From NCBI RefSeq assembly GCF_000150275.1, contig NW_002060943.1:7634066-7698065 (forward strand): a DNA stretch of 64,000 nt, read 5' to 3'. Both the position numbers and the translations under genes were made by a program. This DNA comes from Trichoplax adhaerens. Taxonomy: Eukaryota; Animalia; Placozoa. The notes under the pieces were generated by a model. The model worked only from the letters and a program-made list of their open reading frames with translations. It ran no database searches and had not been told where the DNA came from. Numbering within the stretch: the stretch's first letter is position 1; the number at the start of each line of letters is the position of its first letter. Positions 1 to 15,100 of this stretch are shown here, piece by piece.

Positions 1-62
1 TTCTGAAAAATAAAATTCAATTGAATGCGAGAGCAAAATAAAATAAAATATGATAAATTTAG

Positions 63-3000
63 AGCTAGAAGAATCAGAAATTGAAGAGGAAGATATTGAA
101 TTAATTGATATCGAAAAGTTGGAGAAACGAGCTAAAAAACAAATGAAACAACAAATGAAGGAAATTCTTGTCTGGAGAAAGAAAATTGAGAATAGACAGG
201 ATAATATTATGGCTGTCCGTAAAGCTAGACACGATAAGCAGATTGAAAATAACGAAAGAAATCGAGAAGTTTACACTGCTAAATTAGAAAAAGAAAAGAA
301 GAAATTAAATGAAATACAAAATGTAAGCAGCAATCGTGGTATTGTTCTTAAAATCTTCAGCTTAACACATATTGTTATTTCTGATATACTTACATGCATA
401 TGTTGTATGTTTCCTTGTAGCAATTTCAAATTTTCGTATATTATAGAAGGAAATTGATGCATAATTTCTATTGGTTAACGCTAAAGCTTATTACCACATT
501 TCTTGCATATTTATGCATATCCTAAATAGAAATTCTTTGTAAACATATTTCTAGAATTTAAAAATTGAACTCGAACAAATTGTAAAAGTAGAAGAAGAAA
601 TGATTCACAATGAGAAAGTAGCTCTTGAGGTTAAATATCTTAATTTTAGATTATGAAATAACATGACAACATAGATGAAGCTATTACATTAAAATTTGAC
701 GTTAGTTATGTTATTGATTAAAGTATCCATCTCATGCAATTATAGCTAGAAATTAATAAATTAGAAGCAAACTTACAGGAAGAAAAAGTAGTACTTGAAA
801 AGACTCAATCTGAAGCTAAGAAATACCATAATCTTCGCGAGAATAAAGCAGCTTCAACAATTCAAGCTCATTTTAAAGGTTTTAAGTAAGTCACACTTAA
901 TAAAGCGAAGAACGGGTTGCATAATTACCTGTGCTAACTAACTTAGTGCGTCACTATTCTTTCAAAATTTTCCTGATCATATTCCTGGCGATATTACGAT
1001 TTAGAATTCGTAAGCGTTATGGGGAAGAAATTAGGATTAGAGCCAAAAGAAAGTTAAAAGAGATACAAGAACAACTTCAACGCTTAGAACGAGAGGAAAA
1101 ACGACAATTAGAAGAGGAAATAAAGCGCAAACAGGTGATAATATTATCCCTTTTGCAAAATAAGCTTGCCAATGGAAGATATTATACTGATAAGCACTTG
1201 TCCCTTACTATATCCTATATTTATTAGGAGGAAGAGAGATTAAGAATAGAATTGGAAAAAAAGAAAAAACAGGTAAAAGTTTCATTAGATAGTATTATTA
1301 AGATTGATTTCAGAAGCTTAGTAAGGATTACGGTAGGAGATTGGAATAGTAGTGATAATTTACGAAGGCCCATGTACTACTTTCGTATAGGAAGAAGAGC
1401 AGAAAAGAATTGAAATGGAAAAGCAAGCTGAGATACAAAGATTAAAAGCCAAGGAAGAAAAGCGTCGACAAGATGAATTGAGAAAACAACGAGAAGAAGA
1501 AGAAAGAAAGAAAAAAGCTGAACTGGAAAGGAAAAGGCTAGCTGAAGAAAAATTAAAGAAAGAAGAAGAGCGCCTAAGAAAATTAGAGGAAAAAAGAAAA
1601 ATAAGAGAAGAACAAGAAAAAATTCGTCGAGAAGAAGAAGAGAGGGTAAAAAGAGAAGAAGAAAGAAAACGCCAGGAAGAGGAAAACAGAAGGCGTCTAG
1701 AAGAGGAGGAGCGAAAGCGAAAAGAAGAAGCAGCAAGACGTAAAGAGGAAGAGAGAAAGCGAAAAGAAGAAGAAAGACGCAATGAGGAAGAGAGAATGCG
1801 AAAAGAAGAAGAAAGACGCAATGAGGAAGAGAGAAAGCGAAAAGAAGAAGAAGAAAAAAGGCATCGAGAAGAAGACAGAAAACGGAGAGAGGAAGATGAA
1901 AGAAAACGCAAAGAAGAATTAAAGCGAATACAACGAGAAAAAGCTATTAAACAAAAAGAACAAGAAAAGTATGATAGACCTCAGCTAGTAAAAACTCCAA
2001 TCCCATCTGAAAACGCTTCGCTGAAAGTGGCAAATGCACATCATCCAGAATTAATCTGTCAATCACAATCAGAATCTGCTCAAACAGTATTAGAATTAAA
2101 GAAAGAGCAATCATCACAACTAGAAATTTTAATTCATCAAGGTGAAGAAGAAATTGCAAAAAAAGAACATCAATTAAAACAACTAAAGCAAGAAATGTTG
2201 AAATTTCAAGATTCAGACATGGATGCTGCCACCAATCCCGAAGCAGTTAAATCCGAACTATCAAGCTACAATAACTATTTATCCAATGTTCAGCTACCCA
2301 GTCATGAAATTAAGTCATTACCCGAATGGCTGAATAGCTACTACCAGAAATGGCTAAATCTTCGAAGTGTAGAAGATGAAAAAGAGCAAGCTAGCGTACA
2401 AAGTGCTACAAAGAAAAAGAGGTATTAATTATTGTTATGAAATTAACCCCTCTCAAGGTTGCTATTCACAATAGATTATCCTCAGAAATTGAACTCTATC
2501 ATCATCTTGATTAGTAGATCTAAGTACCGCAAAAAACCTTCCAAATACTACTGATAGCTCGAGAGAATTTTAAACTTTCTGGTGCTAGTAAATTGTGAAA
2601 TTGTTAGACTAAATTTAAACCATTTCCAAGAGTGCAAAGATGTTTTTCAACTGATATAGAGTATTTGGTTATCGATCTAGCCTCTATATACACTTGAATT
2701 ATCCCAATCTTCTTGTCGCAAAAAATCATAAATTCATCCATTAAGATTCGTACCTAATTAGACTCATAATATTGATTTACAATCATAAGATTATAGTAGT
2801 GATCATGCAAATACATTCTATGATTTAAATTATTCCTCAATGCAAGAATCCGTTTACTCCATTTTAACGGCTGTATCTATATTGAATAATCTCATTATCG
2901 AAACCACGTATGTAGAAATAATTACTTTGATCTTAACGATACTTGACCGGTTCATACGAATCATCACAATTTAAGCATCGAAACTAATGAAAACTGTTTC

Positions 3001-6000
3001 CTATGTTTAAGTTAGTAATTATAATAGTCCACTTAACATATTCTTGTTAAATTGATCACATATAACTGATTATATCCCTATTCTAACTACGATTACCTAT
3101 AATTGATGTATTATTTCGTTTAGTGATATCCTAACTATTTTCTATACTATTTTCTACATAAATTAATTCCAAAATATAAAAATAATTTAAAATTGCAATT
3201 TTGTTTCTTTAGATTTACCATTTCGGCTCTTTATTAATGCCTCATTTTTATACTTTTAATCTAGAAAGCCAACGGCTCTATCTAAGCTTCTGCCATTTCC
3301 TGAGTCGCAACTATTAGCGGCATCGTCTACATCTTCAATCGATTCAGTTTCCATCATAACTATAAATAGCTGTCCAACATCTTATAGTACATCGTCCATC
3401 GGCCAATATCAATCATTGTGCTGGCTATCACTAACACATTGTAACCTAAAAGCTCTGGATGGCATTAACCAGTGTCGTAAACTACAGTATATCAAAATTA
3501 GCGTAAGCCAATTACTTTATTTATTTTTTCCAGTTCTCAAAGATTTCATTGTTTATAAGTCTACTATGAAGTATAGACCTGATCATTGGATTAAATTCAT
3601 TATAGGATAATGATGTGGAATATCTTGACCTGCAAGGATTATCAACTTTAATGGAGCTTAATGCAGCTAATAACAAATTAACGACGGTTCATGGATTAGA
3701 CGGTTGTACATCGTTAAAAGTGGTTGATTTTAGTAAAAATAGATTGACACGCCTAGGTAAAAGGATAGAAATTAAATATTGATCATTGAAAGAACAGTAG
3801 ATTTATTTGCCTTGTAAATAAATATAAGCTATCATTCTTGTGCTTACATACGGAACAGTAGGTATACGTACTTGTAAGTCAAGAATTGCTTAGATGATAG
3901 ACTGTTTTCAAGCTTGGAGTGTTGTTAACTTACATTTTTACATTTAATAAGAAGAGCTAATCCGATTTCGTTCGTAACTACTCCACTTATATTATTGATT
4001 TGTATAATAATACGAAGTATCCTTACTTTTAGGTGAAATTACAAATTGTACCGCACTACAAGAAATTAACTTGGATAATAATCTTCTTGTAACGATTAAA
4101 GTAAGCTCATATTTTATATTATATGTTCATAATTAAAAATTACACCAGAGAATCTTATTGGTCTAGAGACATAAAACAAAATTATTATTTTTATTGCCCT
4201 TATCATTATTAATTCCTCTAGCATCATTCTAGCATCTGTAACTTACCACCCATCTATGAATTCTGTAACACTTTACAAAATTCTATCTAAAAGTCTACAT
4301 TTCGACCTGACATTAATCTACCACATTTAGCAATCTTATGCGAGCAATTTGTAGCATTGGCAGACACCGACAGTAGATATAATAATTAAATTTAATATAC
4401 GGCTGTTCACGGTTCAATTTCGACTCTAATCCATTCTCATTTACTACTCATTTATATCTGTATCTAGTCAAATCAATATATAAACATTACAATCGATGCA
4501 ACACTGTACCTAACTTTTTGATACCATTTACTACTTATTACTTAAATTATGCTTACTATGAAGCTTGTAAAACTATTAATTAGACTCTACCAGCTTAATC
4601 GTACTCATCCGTATTTAGAAATCTGCATGCAGGCATGCAATATCGCTATAGATTTGTCCTAAAATCAAAGTTGTTGCTATTTTCCAGATTATATGGCCTA
4701 CAGGGCACATGAAAATACTATATATATGTAATTAATACAATCAAAGATAGAATATTTACGGTGGGTTATTGTATTATATTCTGATATATAATTTTACAGG
4801 GAATTCAGAACCTAATCAATTTACAAGTTATATCATGCAATTTTAATGATGTAACGTATCTTGATGAATTGAAGAGATGCCATCTACTTCATTCCATCAG
4901 CTTTACCAATAATAGTATCCAACTGGTAAGAGATATTTCTTAATTCCTTAGTTACTACGAAACTGTCATTGCACTAGTCATTTGATTAACTCAGTCGTTC
5001 AACTTGATATAATGAAATATATAATAAATTGCTACCATTCATAATGTTCCTATTTTATCATTTTGTTATAGCTACCTGAATTAACAAATCAATCCTTACT
5101 TGTCGAAATAAATCTAAAATCCAATTGTATCGCCTCATTGGAGAATTTCAGTCAGTCATGGTTACCATCTTTAGAAAATTTGAATATTTCAGAAAATAGG
5201 TAATACATAATAATGTTCCTGTACAAATTAAAGTGAACATATAGTATTATCGAATCGCTTCTTCAATTAAGTTAATTTAATAAGTTGACCTAATTGAGAA
5301 TTATATATGGTTAATTATTTCAGTCTATCAAATCTCGAACCATGTTTAAAACACTTTGTGTCCATCCAAAAATTAGATGTCAGTGACAACTGCTTCGATA
5401 GTAAGTCATTTGTAAATGTTGCGATCTTGTAAGATTCAATTTTATCAATTATTCAGCATCTATTATTCTACGATAATTTTAATATTATGACCATATGCCA
5501 TAAATATCCTACTAAAACCAATTATTCAATTGTATTTAATCATCTGTAAGGTTTCGATGCAATTCTTCCATGCGTAAGCCAATTAACAAGACTAAAATGC
5601 CTACGTTTAAATGGTAATCCTGTGGTAGAAGAGCCTAATTTCCAGGCAGTAGTGACTAAAGCCATACCTTATATGCAAGAACTGAACGACATTAGCGTAG
5701 AAGAGAAAAATTTGAATTTGCATACAGATGTAAATGAACATCCTTTTATTACGATGATACAACGGCAAATTCAAGTTATTCCTGGTTTACGAATATCTTA
5801 TGAAAGAAAACTTCAGTAATCTTAACATACAGACTATTCAATATTATGATGCTCGCACGTACTGATTTTGTCTAGCTCTTAAGTCCATACGCTCATTTTT
5901 ATCCTATTTCCCTTTGATACAGAAAGCTTCGGGCTGTACAAAGAAATAACAATCCTAAAACCTTACTCTGGGTTAAGGTTAGAAAGATTTATAAATTCTA

Positions 6001-9000
6001 ATTATTGATCGGCATCTAAAAGGTGACCTCATTAAATTCTGTTCTCCTTCTTTCATTAGGAAAATTATTTTCAAAGAATGCTATTTGCTTCTCAACAATT
6101 TTTACAACAGCAGTTAAGCTATTCTATTGAATTGAATACAGACCATGAAATCATTGAGTAAGTATCATTTGCTGCGGGTATAAGACGAAATTAATACGTT
6201 GTAGCTTATTATGCATGACGGTTTCTTCAAATAGTTAAGTTACATTTTAGCATGGCATCTTTAAGTAATTAACCGGTACGCAACTATATGGATACATTGA
6301 AACCGTAACTGATCACCCTGAGATTAGAGAGAATTTGACCAATTTATTATCTAATTGTAAATTCTCACTTTCTATGTATGCTACATTAAAACAACTTACG
6401 CCAAATAACCTTAATAATCAAGTTTATTCATATAGTAATAACCTGCAGTATTAAATCTTTAACTTATATTTATTAACATCTAACAAATCAAAAGTGTTTC
6501 TGTTACATTAGTAAAGCTTTATCACATTAGCAATCAAATATAAATATTAATATTATTATGCCTAGTAGTTAATCTATTATTCGATTTTAAATATCACTTG
6601 TTAGCAGGCATACTGCAGGTTTCTTAAATAATTGTAAAGCAAAGGCTTTCCAAAACTATCCATTTATTAAATAACAGCTAATCGATTGCACTAATCTTCT
6701 TAACTTAAATTACTTTTTGCTTGTTCTTAATCACAGTGAAGACTTTCTCAATTTATCACAATCCTTAGATGCAACTCAATACCAACAATTTAGCCAGGTT
6801 AAATGATTGATTGGTACAAGTAGATATCTTAACACAATTGTCTGATCTACTCGCTTGTATATCTGTACTAGGCCAAAAATTTAGCGACAGCAACTAGTTT
6901 ATCTAGGCAAAATAGTGCTGCTATAAAGATTCAGTCTTTATGGCGAGGCTATCGAACTCGAAAGGCTAGCAAGAAGATATATTCAACACTACCATCAACT
7001 TCTCATTCAAATAGAGAGGAAAAAGCAGTAATTGAAATACAGGTAATAAATTAAACAGCAGTTAGCTGTAGTAATAGTTACCGGTACGTGGTGATCAATT
7101 TACCATTCCAACTTACAGTATCTTCCAGTGTCTTCTGAACTAAGGCTCAAATATTATAATTTCTTTTCCAGTCCTTTTATCGTGGCTATAGGACAAGAAA
7201 GCGCATAAAAGCTGCGCTAGTAGAAGCTAAAGACATTCGTGACTTAGATGATGATTTTAATTTTGATGAAATAGATCTATCGCAATTCGATGTTAAGGAG
7301 GTAAACTTTGACATAAATATTTCGACTACGAAAACATTACTGATACTCATAGAATCATAAGGAGAAGCTAATCTCCTATTAACATCTTAAAATAGTATAA
7401 ATCATTCCAATAGGCGTTACGTTTTGATCTCAATAAATACATTAATCCTTAATATCATAAAAAAACTATGCAATGATAAAATACAAAATCATAATAATTC
7501 AATGACTATTCTGTATTAATCTATTACAACCTACTAGGACTATTTTAATCAAGATTGGAAACTAGATGAAGACAGTGATGCTAATGCCGCAAACCTACGG
7601 TAAAAGAGATCATTTCTATTGAGAGATTAGTATACAGTTGGATATGGTTAGGGTTGAGAAAATATTATTTTCTGGCATTTTAAAAAGCATCTTTTCATTC
7701 CGAACATTTAATAGAAATATAGATCCTGATGCGAGCACCAATGCTTTACCAAAAAGTTACGAAAGTATTCCGAAACCAGTATGGCAACTAGAAGAATCGC
7801 TTAACCAAAGTCAACTAGATACCAACCTGAGGCAATATCCTTATCAGGAAGAAGTTCCTGTTGATAATATTTATAAACCACAGCTCGACGATGCGGGCAA
7901 TGAAACATTATACGACGATGATCAAACTTCTGAAGTACCTTCTAGTCAACAGTATCCTGCCAGTAAAAGTGAAGAAATTGTTAATGAATGGTAATAGGAA
8001 TAAAATATTCAGAAATTTAAGCCAGTTTGATTGAGCTTCTTTAATGTAGTTATTTTATTGATAGCTCAACAACTGATTAATACAATCTATTTATTTTAAG
8101 GGGATTTTCGAATTATATGACCGCTGAGCTAATGAAAAAAAGGGCTCGTCGATTCAAACAGAAAAAGAAAATTACCGACCCACAACGTCGCTACGAACAA
8201 TTTAAAAAATTAGATGAAACTTCTTCATGGAAAAATGTTAAAACAACTAAAAAACCGGATAATACTAATAAGTTAAATTACACACAAGGTATACTACATC
8301 ACTATATTTTCACTAGAAAAACTACAGTAATAATGGAAAAATTGCTATCTCAGTTTCAAATCTTAAAGCGAATTGCTTATATTCTTAATAGCTATATTTA
8401 TTATTATTATGTTGTATGAACAGTTGGCAAGCCCACAGCAGCATGGGAACTATCGCCACCTCAGCATCCACAGCGAAAAGAAGATTACACCACATCATGG
8501 ATCAAAAATCAAAGTGAACTTCAAAGCAACTTATCGGATAATGATACATCACCTAATAGTTATAGATCCAAAAGGAAGGAAAATTTACGTAATGTAAACT
8601 ATAAAATAGCAAGACAAGTACATAGCCTACCACAACTGAATGCACATGTGATATCAGGGAAAACCGTTCAGTTAATCGTAAGTTGGAATGATAATTTATT
8701 GTTGTGCTCATTCCTTAAGACAACATCGTGAGATACAGCTCTCGTGTTACTCAAAGACAAATCTCTCATGTTGATGAAAAATTTTTAAAATCTCTGCTTT
8801 TGAATGTAACACAATAAAATTATTTTCGTGTAATTATCTTACAGAAATCAAATCAATACATATGTAACTCTTTCTGTAGTGTGGATATTATTATAATTAA
8901 AATTAGAAAAAACCCCTATTTGTGAAGTATGCCAATATTGGTTAAACTATGCTGTAAACGCTACTATCTTACATATGTAAACGTATTTTTCTAATCTACT

Positions 9001-9312
9001 TCAAAATTTACCTGTATAATACATTTTGCATTTTAGAACCCTTCTAATGAAAATCGAGGAAATTATCCGCCACATGACAATAATTCTTATAGAAGATATT
9101 CTACTGAAAATGGTAAGAAAATTGGGAATAAGACCTTCTCGTTTCCCTTAAAGGGTAGTTTTTTCAACTTTATAATATTTCGGCAAAAATATTCCAACTT
9201 GAATTTTTCGCATTTAGTTCAATTGCCTCCAATATCCAGAGCTTCATCATCGAATAGTGGTTATCGATCCGAAATAATCAATACGGAATCACCGTACAAG
9301 TTTCGGCGATAA
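63..9312 (+). CDS. LRRIQ1: Leucine-rich repeat and IQ domain-containing protein 1; multi-exon, 5' end probably outside the window
   Basis: Hand-spliced GT-AG exons stay in frame: 63-322, 555-629, 746-885, 1005-1134, 1228-1272, 1391-2421, 3265-3502, 3606-3756, 4033-4100, 4800-4925, 5072-5199, 5324-5400, 5551-5815, 5923-5977, 6060-6157, 6737-6797, 6872-7041, 7172-7300, 7538-7599, 7715-7990, 8101-8288, 8423-8677, 9036-9111, 9218-9312 (TAA). Three IQ motifs (AASTIQAHFKGFKIRKR; AAIKIQSLWRGYRTRK; AVIEIQSFYRGYRTRKR). LRRs (LMELNAANNKL, LQEINLDNNLL, LKCLRLNGNPV). An E/R/K-rich helix. The C-terminal EWGFSNYMTAELMKKRA resembles the conserved LRRIQ1 tail. The ATG at 50 is possible, but an acceptor AG at 61-62 suggests upstream exons. 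Confidence 0.85.
1745..1852 (+). repeat. Coding 39-bp tandem repeat (~3 copies, EEERKRKEEERRN) inside the LRRIQ1 charged helix
   Basis: The unit gaggaagagagaaagcgaaaagaagaagaaagacgcaat starts at 1745, 1784 (one aag>atg change) and 1823 (partial). Confidence 0.85.
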
Positions 9313-12146
9313 CAGCTAAAAGTATTAGCCACTCATAGAATTACTTTACGAAAAGAAACGACATGTAATATATTCAAATTCTGTTTTAATGAGCAATTGT
9401 TTTTCCGTATCTACTGTAGCTTTTTAATATATAGGAATGCAGAATTTTTAAAAACTTACTTCGTGATGAAATATTTAAACTACTCAAGAGAGAGCAATGA
9501 GTGGAATGACGTCTATTCACAAAGCAGCAGCAATTTCCATATCAGAATTGAAAATTATAATAAGTCCTGAAAGGATTTATTCTATTTTCTGCACATTTTC
9601 AGCTAACGTTTGAACTTCCTACTTCCTATTGATAAATTGAAATTATTTTAAATACTTCTTCGAAATTACGATTCTGTAAATATTTTACTTTAAAGTTGAC
9701 TTAAAATATATTCGCCTTATATTTATTACAAAAATATAATTTTAATTCCGTATGTCAGTAATATTGGATGTTGTAAAAGATTATATTATAGTCTAACTAT
9801 ATAGGCAAATACGCAAGTTTCTATAAAATAGTTATGTATATATGTATGCACCCAATTGGCAAGAATAATATTTATTGTGTTTCAATAAAGGGGGTTTGCT
9901 TATTATATGATGCTGAATTGAATTAGGGAATTAGGGATAACGTCAGAAATATCAATTACAAATAATGTTTATTATGTAATTATTACAGAATATCTTTGTA
10001 AGAAAGTGCGATAGACAGAAAATTGATCATAGTCTAATTATGATGACAGATTTCATGTACTTCCCAACAAATTCCATAAATATCGTACATATATGCCGAA
10101 TATAGAAGTAAATATTTAATAAATAGAGCTCAAATAAAGGATATTGAATAGTTCTTGATGCAGATTTTTAAGCATTGAGTTCTATAACGTGTGGACGATC
10201 CACAGCATATAATATCGGGACAACTTGAACATTCCAAAGCTATTGCGATATCGACTATTTACTCTTAAAATTCCTCAAAAAAAGTTCCTGCTATTACAGG
10301 ATCACAAGAGTTATATATGAAAAGATTACTGACACACCGTATCCACATTACTGTACGTGAAATCCTATACCATGCTATTTTTGTAGTAATCTATTGACCA
10401 TCTAGTGGATTTTACGATCAATATCCTTTGTGAGAAGGAAAGGAAGAGAAAATCACAAAATATTCACGTTAATTCCGTTGGACAAAGGATGATGAGTGAA
10501 TAAATAGAATATAATCATCTTATTTGAACTATGCGATTCAATATTTCTGTTAAATGCGTACTATAACGGACATTTTTCTATTTCATTTAATGAGAGACTA
10601 TCATATACTTTCTGACATTTTAATGGAATAATATCAATCCTAAGGCCTACCCACAGGAATTAAAATAACAGTAGTCTAAAATTGATTTATCACGCACTCC
10701 TTTATTTAATAATGCAGCTATTTTAAATAAATTGCTACTTTTAAAAGGTATTTAATTAAAGCTGATAGCCCAACAAATAGAAAGAACCAAATCATTTATC
10801 TAATCGATGCCCATTTTTTATGTTATTATTCGGCCAATGCGTAATACAATCAAGCTTTCAATTTAATCATTTCCCTCTAGCGATTTTACATAATTAATAA
10901 TAGCCATTACTTAAATCTCCATAATGATGCACTAGTACAAATGCCTAAGCAACTACCATAAACATACAGGGTAGGTCTAGCTAGATTTAGCAAAGCTGAC
11001 CACTAGTTTTGACATAATCAGCAAACTCAATGATGCCATCAACTAACTAGTTTTATGTAATCGTAATGACTTCAAAAAATAATGCGAAATGTTGTTATAT
11101 AAGAATGAAATTCTTAATCCAGCAACATAGTTATCTATTTCCAGCCTAATAGATGAATGATCAATATCACTAAGGGAATAATAACTATTTTGCTAACACT
11201 TATTTTATCAATTTATTAATTGATTATAGTACGCATCTAGCTATTGATTATAATGATAACAGAAGCTATAACTATATCTTGAAATAATTTCTGCTCTTAC
11301 GGCGCGAAAAAGGTCATTATTTCATCAGCATAATTGTAATAAAAATGATTGTAAAACAAGGATCAGAACTAACTTCAACAGTTTTACAATGTGATAAAGT
11401 ATAGGTAATTCTACTGTTATGGATGACATAAATTGAGAATTCAAATCAAACTAAATTAAATGCACCATTGCATTATAGACAAGCGTAACATTATTTTTAT
11501 GTTGAGTTGAAATGATTGAAATTTTCTCTTACTTATATGCAAAACTATATAGGAACAGCCATTATTATTTAAGTGAAGATATTCAAGCCGGTAAATTCAT
11601 TCATTTTATCAGTTAATTAAATGAAAACGAAATGATTGTAAGGTTAGAGTAAGTAAGAAAGTGTCGTCAAAGTTAGGAGAATAAGGTAGGGAATAGATAT
11701 ATAAATCAAGGATAAAATTATTAATTATCACCCATTAAGTATCCATCTGATGATAATTGCAAGATTCTATACAATCATTATCAGCAGCGATAACATTCTT
11801 TATATCTTTCCTAATCCTATTTGCTTAGCTAACTTGAACCTACAATCTATAGGCAGTACGAAATATTTGCCATCCTTGTGATATTGCAAGATCAAATTAC
11901 AATATTTTATACCTAAATCAACTATCATGCTAAGACTAAATTCATGGACATTTGTGACTATCATTAAAATTAATTTCATTACTGTAGAAGATGTTTTGAA
12001 AAAACAATAAAACCTTAAACATGAGGGTTAAGAAATGCAAGAGTGCGAGATGATCAATTTCTGGCGTCATATTGGTTTAAACAAATTCAAAGAAACAAAT
12101 AGAAATTTATTATGATCCAGCTACCCTCCACATTATCAGTCTACTA

Positions 12147-15100
12147 CTAATAATCATATGGATCTCTCTTGAGTGGTAGTGGGCCATATCCTTGTGATCC
12201 GTTCAAACTGCAGCACAATATGAATGATAGCATGATGCCCATGATCTAGTAGAAATAGAGATGATACAAAAAAAATTAACATTCAATTTTTTCCAAAGTT
12301 TATAGAAGACAGAACTTTTATATGTCCTATCTTAAAAAAATTTTGTTTGCAAGCCTTATATCCGTATAATTTTATAACAGATCTATAAAATATATAACTT
12401 TATAAATCTAGGAATTACTTTAAATTACAGTTTATAGTTCTGCCTATGATAGACGAAGCTCTGTTTTTAATCTCATTTATTCATTTTTTATGAGACTCGA
12501 AATGCTACAGGTCTGATAATGAAAATCATAGTAATAATATGCTTTCCTGAAGCAATTACCAATCTGGATTATTAAATGATGAAGAAATCGACTACAATTC
12601 GTTTTTTAGCTGAATGTTACTCCAATAGATGAGTGAGAACTAAAATTTTGCCTTACTTTTAAATGTCTATTAACTATAAGTTTTTATTATCATATAAAGA
12701 TCTAGATGATATTATTACATCTAATCTTTCGACGACTACTTCTTCTTTATCCTAATTTAACGGCATTGCTAACTGGTCAATTAAAGTCTTAAAAATTAAA
12801 GTAAATTTACATTACCTTTAACTGTATACTAAACTCCTATTTGTAATCATAAAATTAACTCAATCCTATTGCAACGACATGATGTCTAAATTGGTTTTAA
12901 CTACAATCTACTACAATTTATCCTTCTAAATAAAAGTAAATAATTTTAAAGATGTAACTGCTTTATTAATACGAAGTATTCTTGATACTATATATCATGT
13001 AGAATCTAAAAACTGCATTAATGGATTAAACATTTCTAAACCGCTTTTTAACAAGTAGCAATCTCTGATTTTACTACAATATAGACCAGCAGTCTATGAC
13101 AATTACTCTCTCGAGGTAAATTGTTAAGCTAATTGTAAGGAACTTTTAATCCAATGTCATTCTTCATACAATAATATCCTTAATCCATACTATTCACATT
13201 AGATCATACACTAAGTCATTATATTGTAGGATCATGTACTGTAGCAATAAGATACATGCATTGTTACGGGATAATTGTAACAGCCTAAAATAATAGATAT
13301 CTTGTAAAATGAAATTATCCAATAAAATCTAGTACCGTACCTGCAAAAGCGTCATTGAAACACCAACAGCACCTAAAGAGAACATATACTGCACGATATC
13401 ATCTCGATAACGTGGATAGCAACCCTATAAAAAAAATTTAGATATTCTTAGATGAAAATGATACGGATCTAATTAAAGTTATGAAGTTCGGTATTATTTA
13501 TAAATTACGGGAATAAGAAAATCCAGTAATATAAAAATTTATGATAACCATCTCAATTAAGATTCAAATTATTTTTGCATAAATAAGATGATTATGGAAG
13601 CAATAATTAATAAGCGCGTCAATCAGATTTAGTACTATGTAGTAAGTAATATTTTACGCTATAAGCACCCTTGTATAGCAAGCATAGCACTGTCATCGAA
13701 TGTAATATATTTTTGTAATTGCGTAACTATAGTTAGATATTTTACTTACATCTGCATAAATATATGAGACGTTCTTGCCATTAGCGTATTCTTTTTGGCA
13801 TCGCGGGAGATCTTCGCCAACAATGCTTGTATTACAGCAAGAATCGGGTACAGGAAAGTTACCTTTCAGATCACTTTCTGAATTGTTAAATTTAGCCAAA
13901 GCCCAAGATGATTTAGCGTAATCTTTATAGGTGTCAACACCACAGCATTTTCGCTGTTAAAACAGAAAAAAACAATCTTAATATTACAAATTACAATCAC
14001 TATTATGCCATTACTTTAACTCAAATACTGTTACATCAATCTTAAGCTAATTTACTATATTATAAAATATTAAATGAAAGCAACGGAAGAATGCAAGATT
14101 GCTAAGATGGCTTTTTTATGATACTCCAATTATTATATCGTTAATATGCTATTAATAGTGGTAATTAACTTAATTATCTTCATAATCATCTAAAACTTAT
14201 ACACCATCTTACAGGTTATATAGAATAAAAAATTTTAAGACTACTCTTATTGCTCCATAATACATAAAAATAAAGCTAAGTTAACATTTATTAAAGGCTC
14301 ATTTTGTGTGTCAGTGATTATTATCAAATCATAATCATACGAGACTTAAATGTATTCTAATTCGTAATCATTTCATATTTAAGTGACTTACGGTCTTTTG
14401 TAAGTTATTCATGGCCTTCTGGACCTTTACATTGGTTCTAAATTTAGTTTCAACGTCCTGTGTCATATGTTTCTTTGCAATTCCTTCCAACTAAATCAAT
14501 CACAACCAATATTAGAGATTGTCCTTTATCAGCTACTCATTATCTGATCTATAAATAATATCATACTTTATGTCTCGCTCCAAAGCTATAATTTTGATAT
14601 AGAAACTAATAGATAGTAATTTTCTAGATGATTATAGCGGACTTACAGTTGGAGTTCCAACATAGCCATAAATAGCAGTACCAATTTCTAAGCCAAGCAA
14701 AAGAATCAGAGCCAAAATAAACTAGAAAGTATAAAGTTTCAGAGTAAATTTTAAAGAAAAATACAGAGAAGAATATCATTGAATGCTTATTTGAATACTT
14801 CTTCTAAAATTTTAAGTAAATTTTGAAATTATGACCATTTATGATGGAGTTTAGCAAAATTTGGAAATTGAAATACTATCAGAACTTTAGAAACGAAATT
14901 AGAATATTCAATAATGCAGTGGTTAAAGAATAACACAAAGAACCAATTAAACTCCAGAACAATATAACATAGCTAAACTGAATACTAATACTTTTAGAGC
15001 TACATTAGCATACTTACTCCAACTAAAAGGGCTTGATTATCGCATAGAGCACTGAAACAACCCAAGAATCCGGCAGCAAATAAAAGAGTGCCGCCTGCAA

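Noticed and set aside
1360-1911. Minus-strand ORFs of 183 aa and 119 aa (S/F/L-rich)
   Set aside because: Antisense shadows of the purine-rich E/R/K exon of LRRIQ1.
9313-12146. Possible hidden gene between LRRIQ1 and tetraspanin A
   Set aside because: No ORF of 60 aa or more and no recognisable spliced protein motif. Consistent with 3' UTRs and spacer, though a micro-exon gene cannot be fully excluded.
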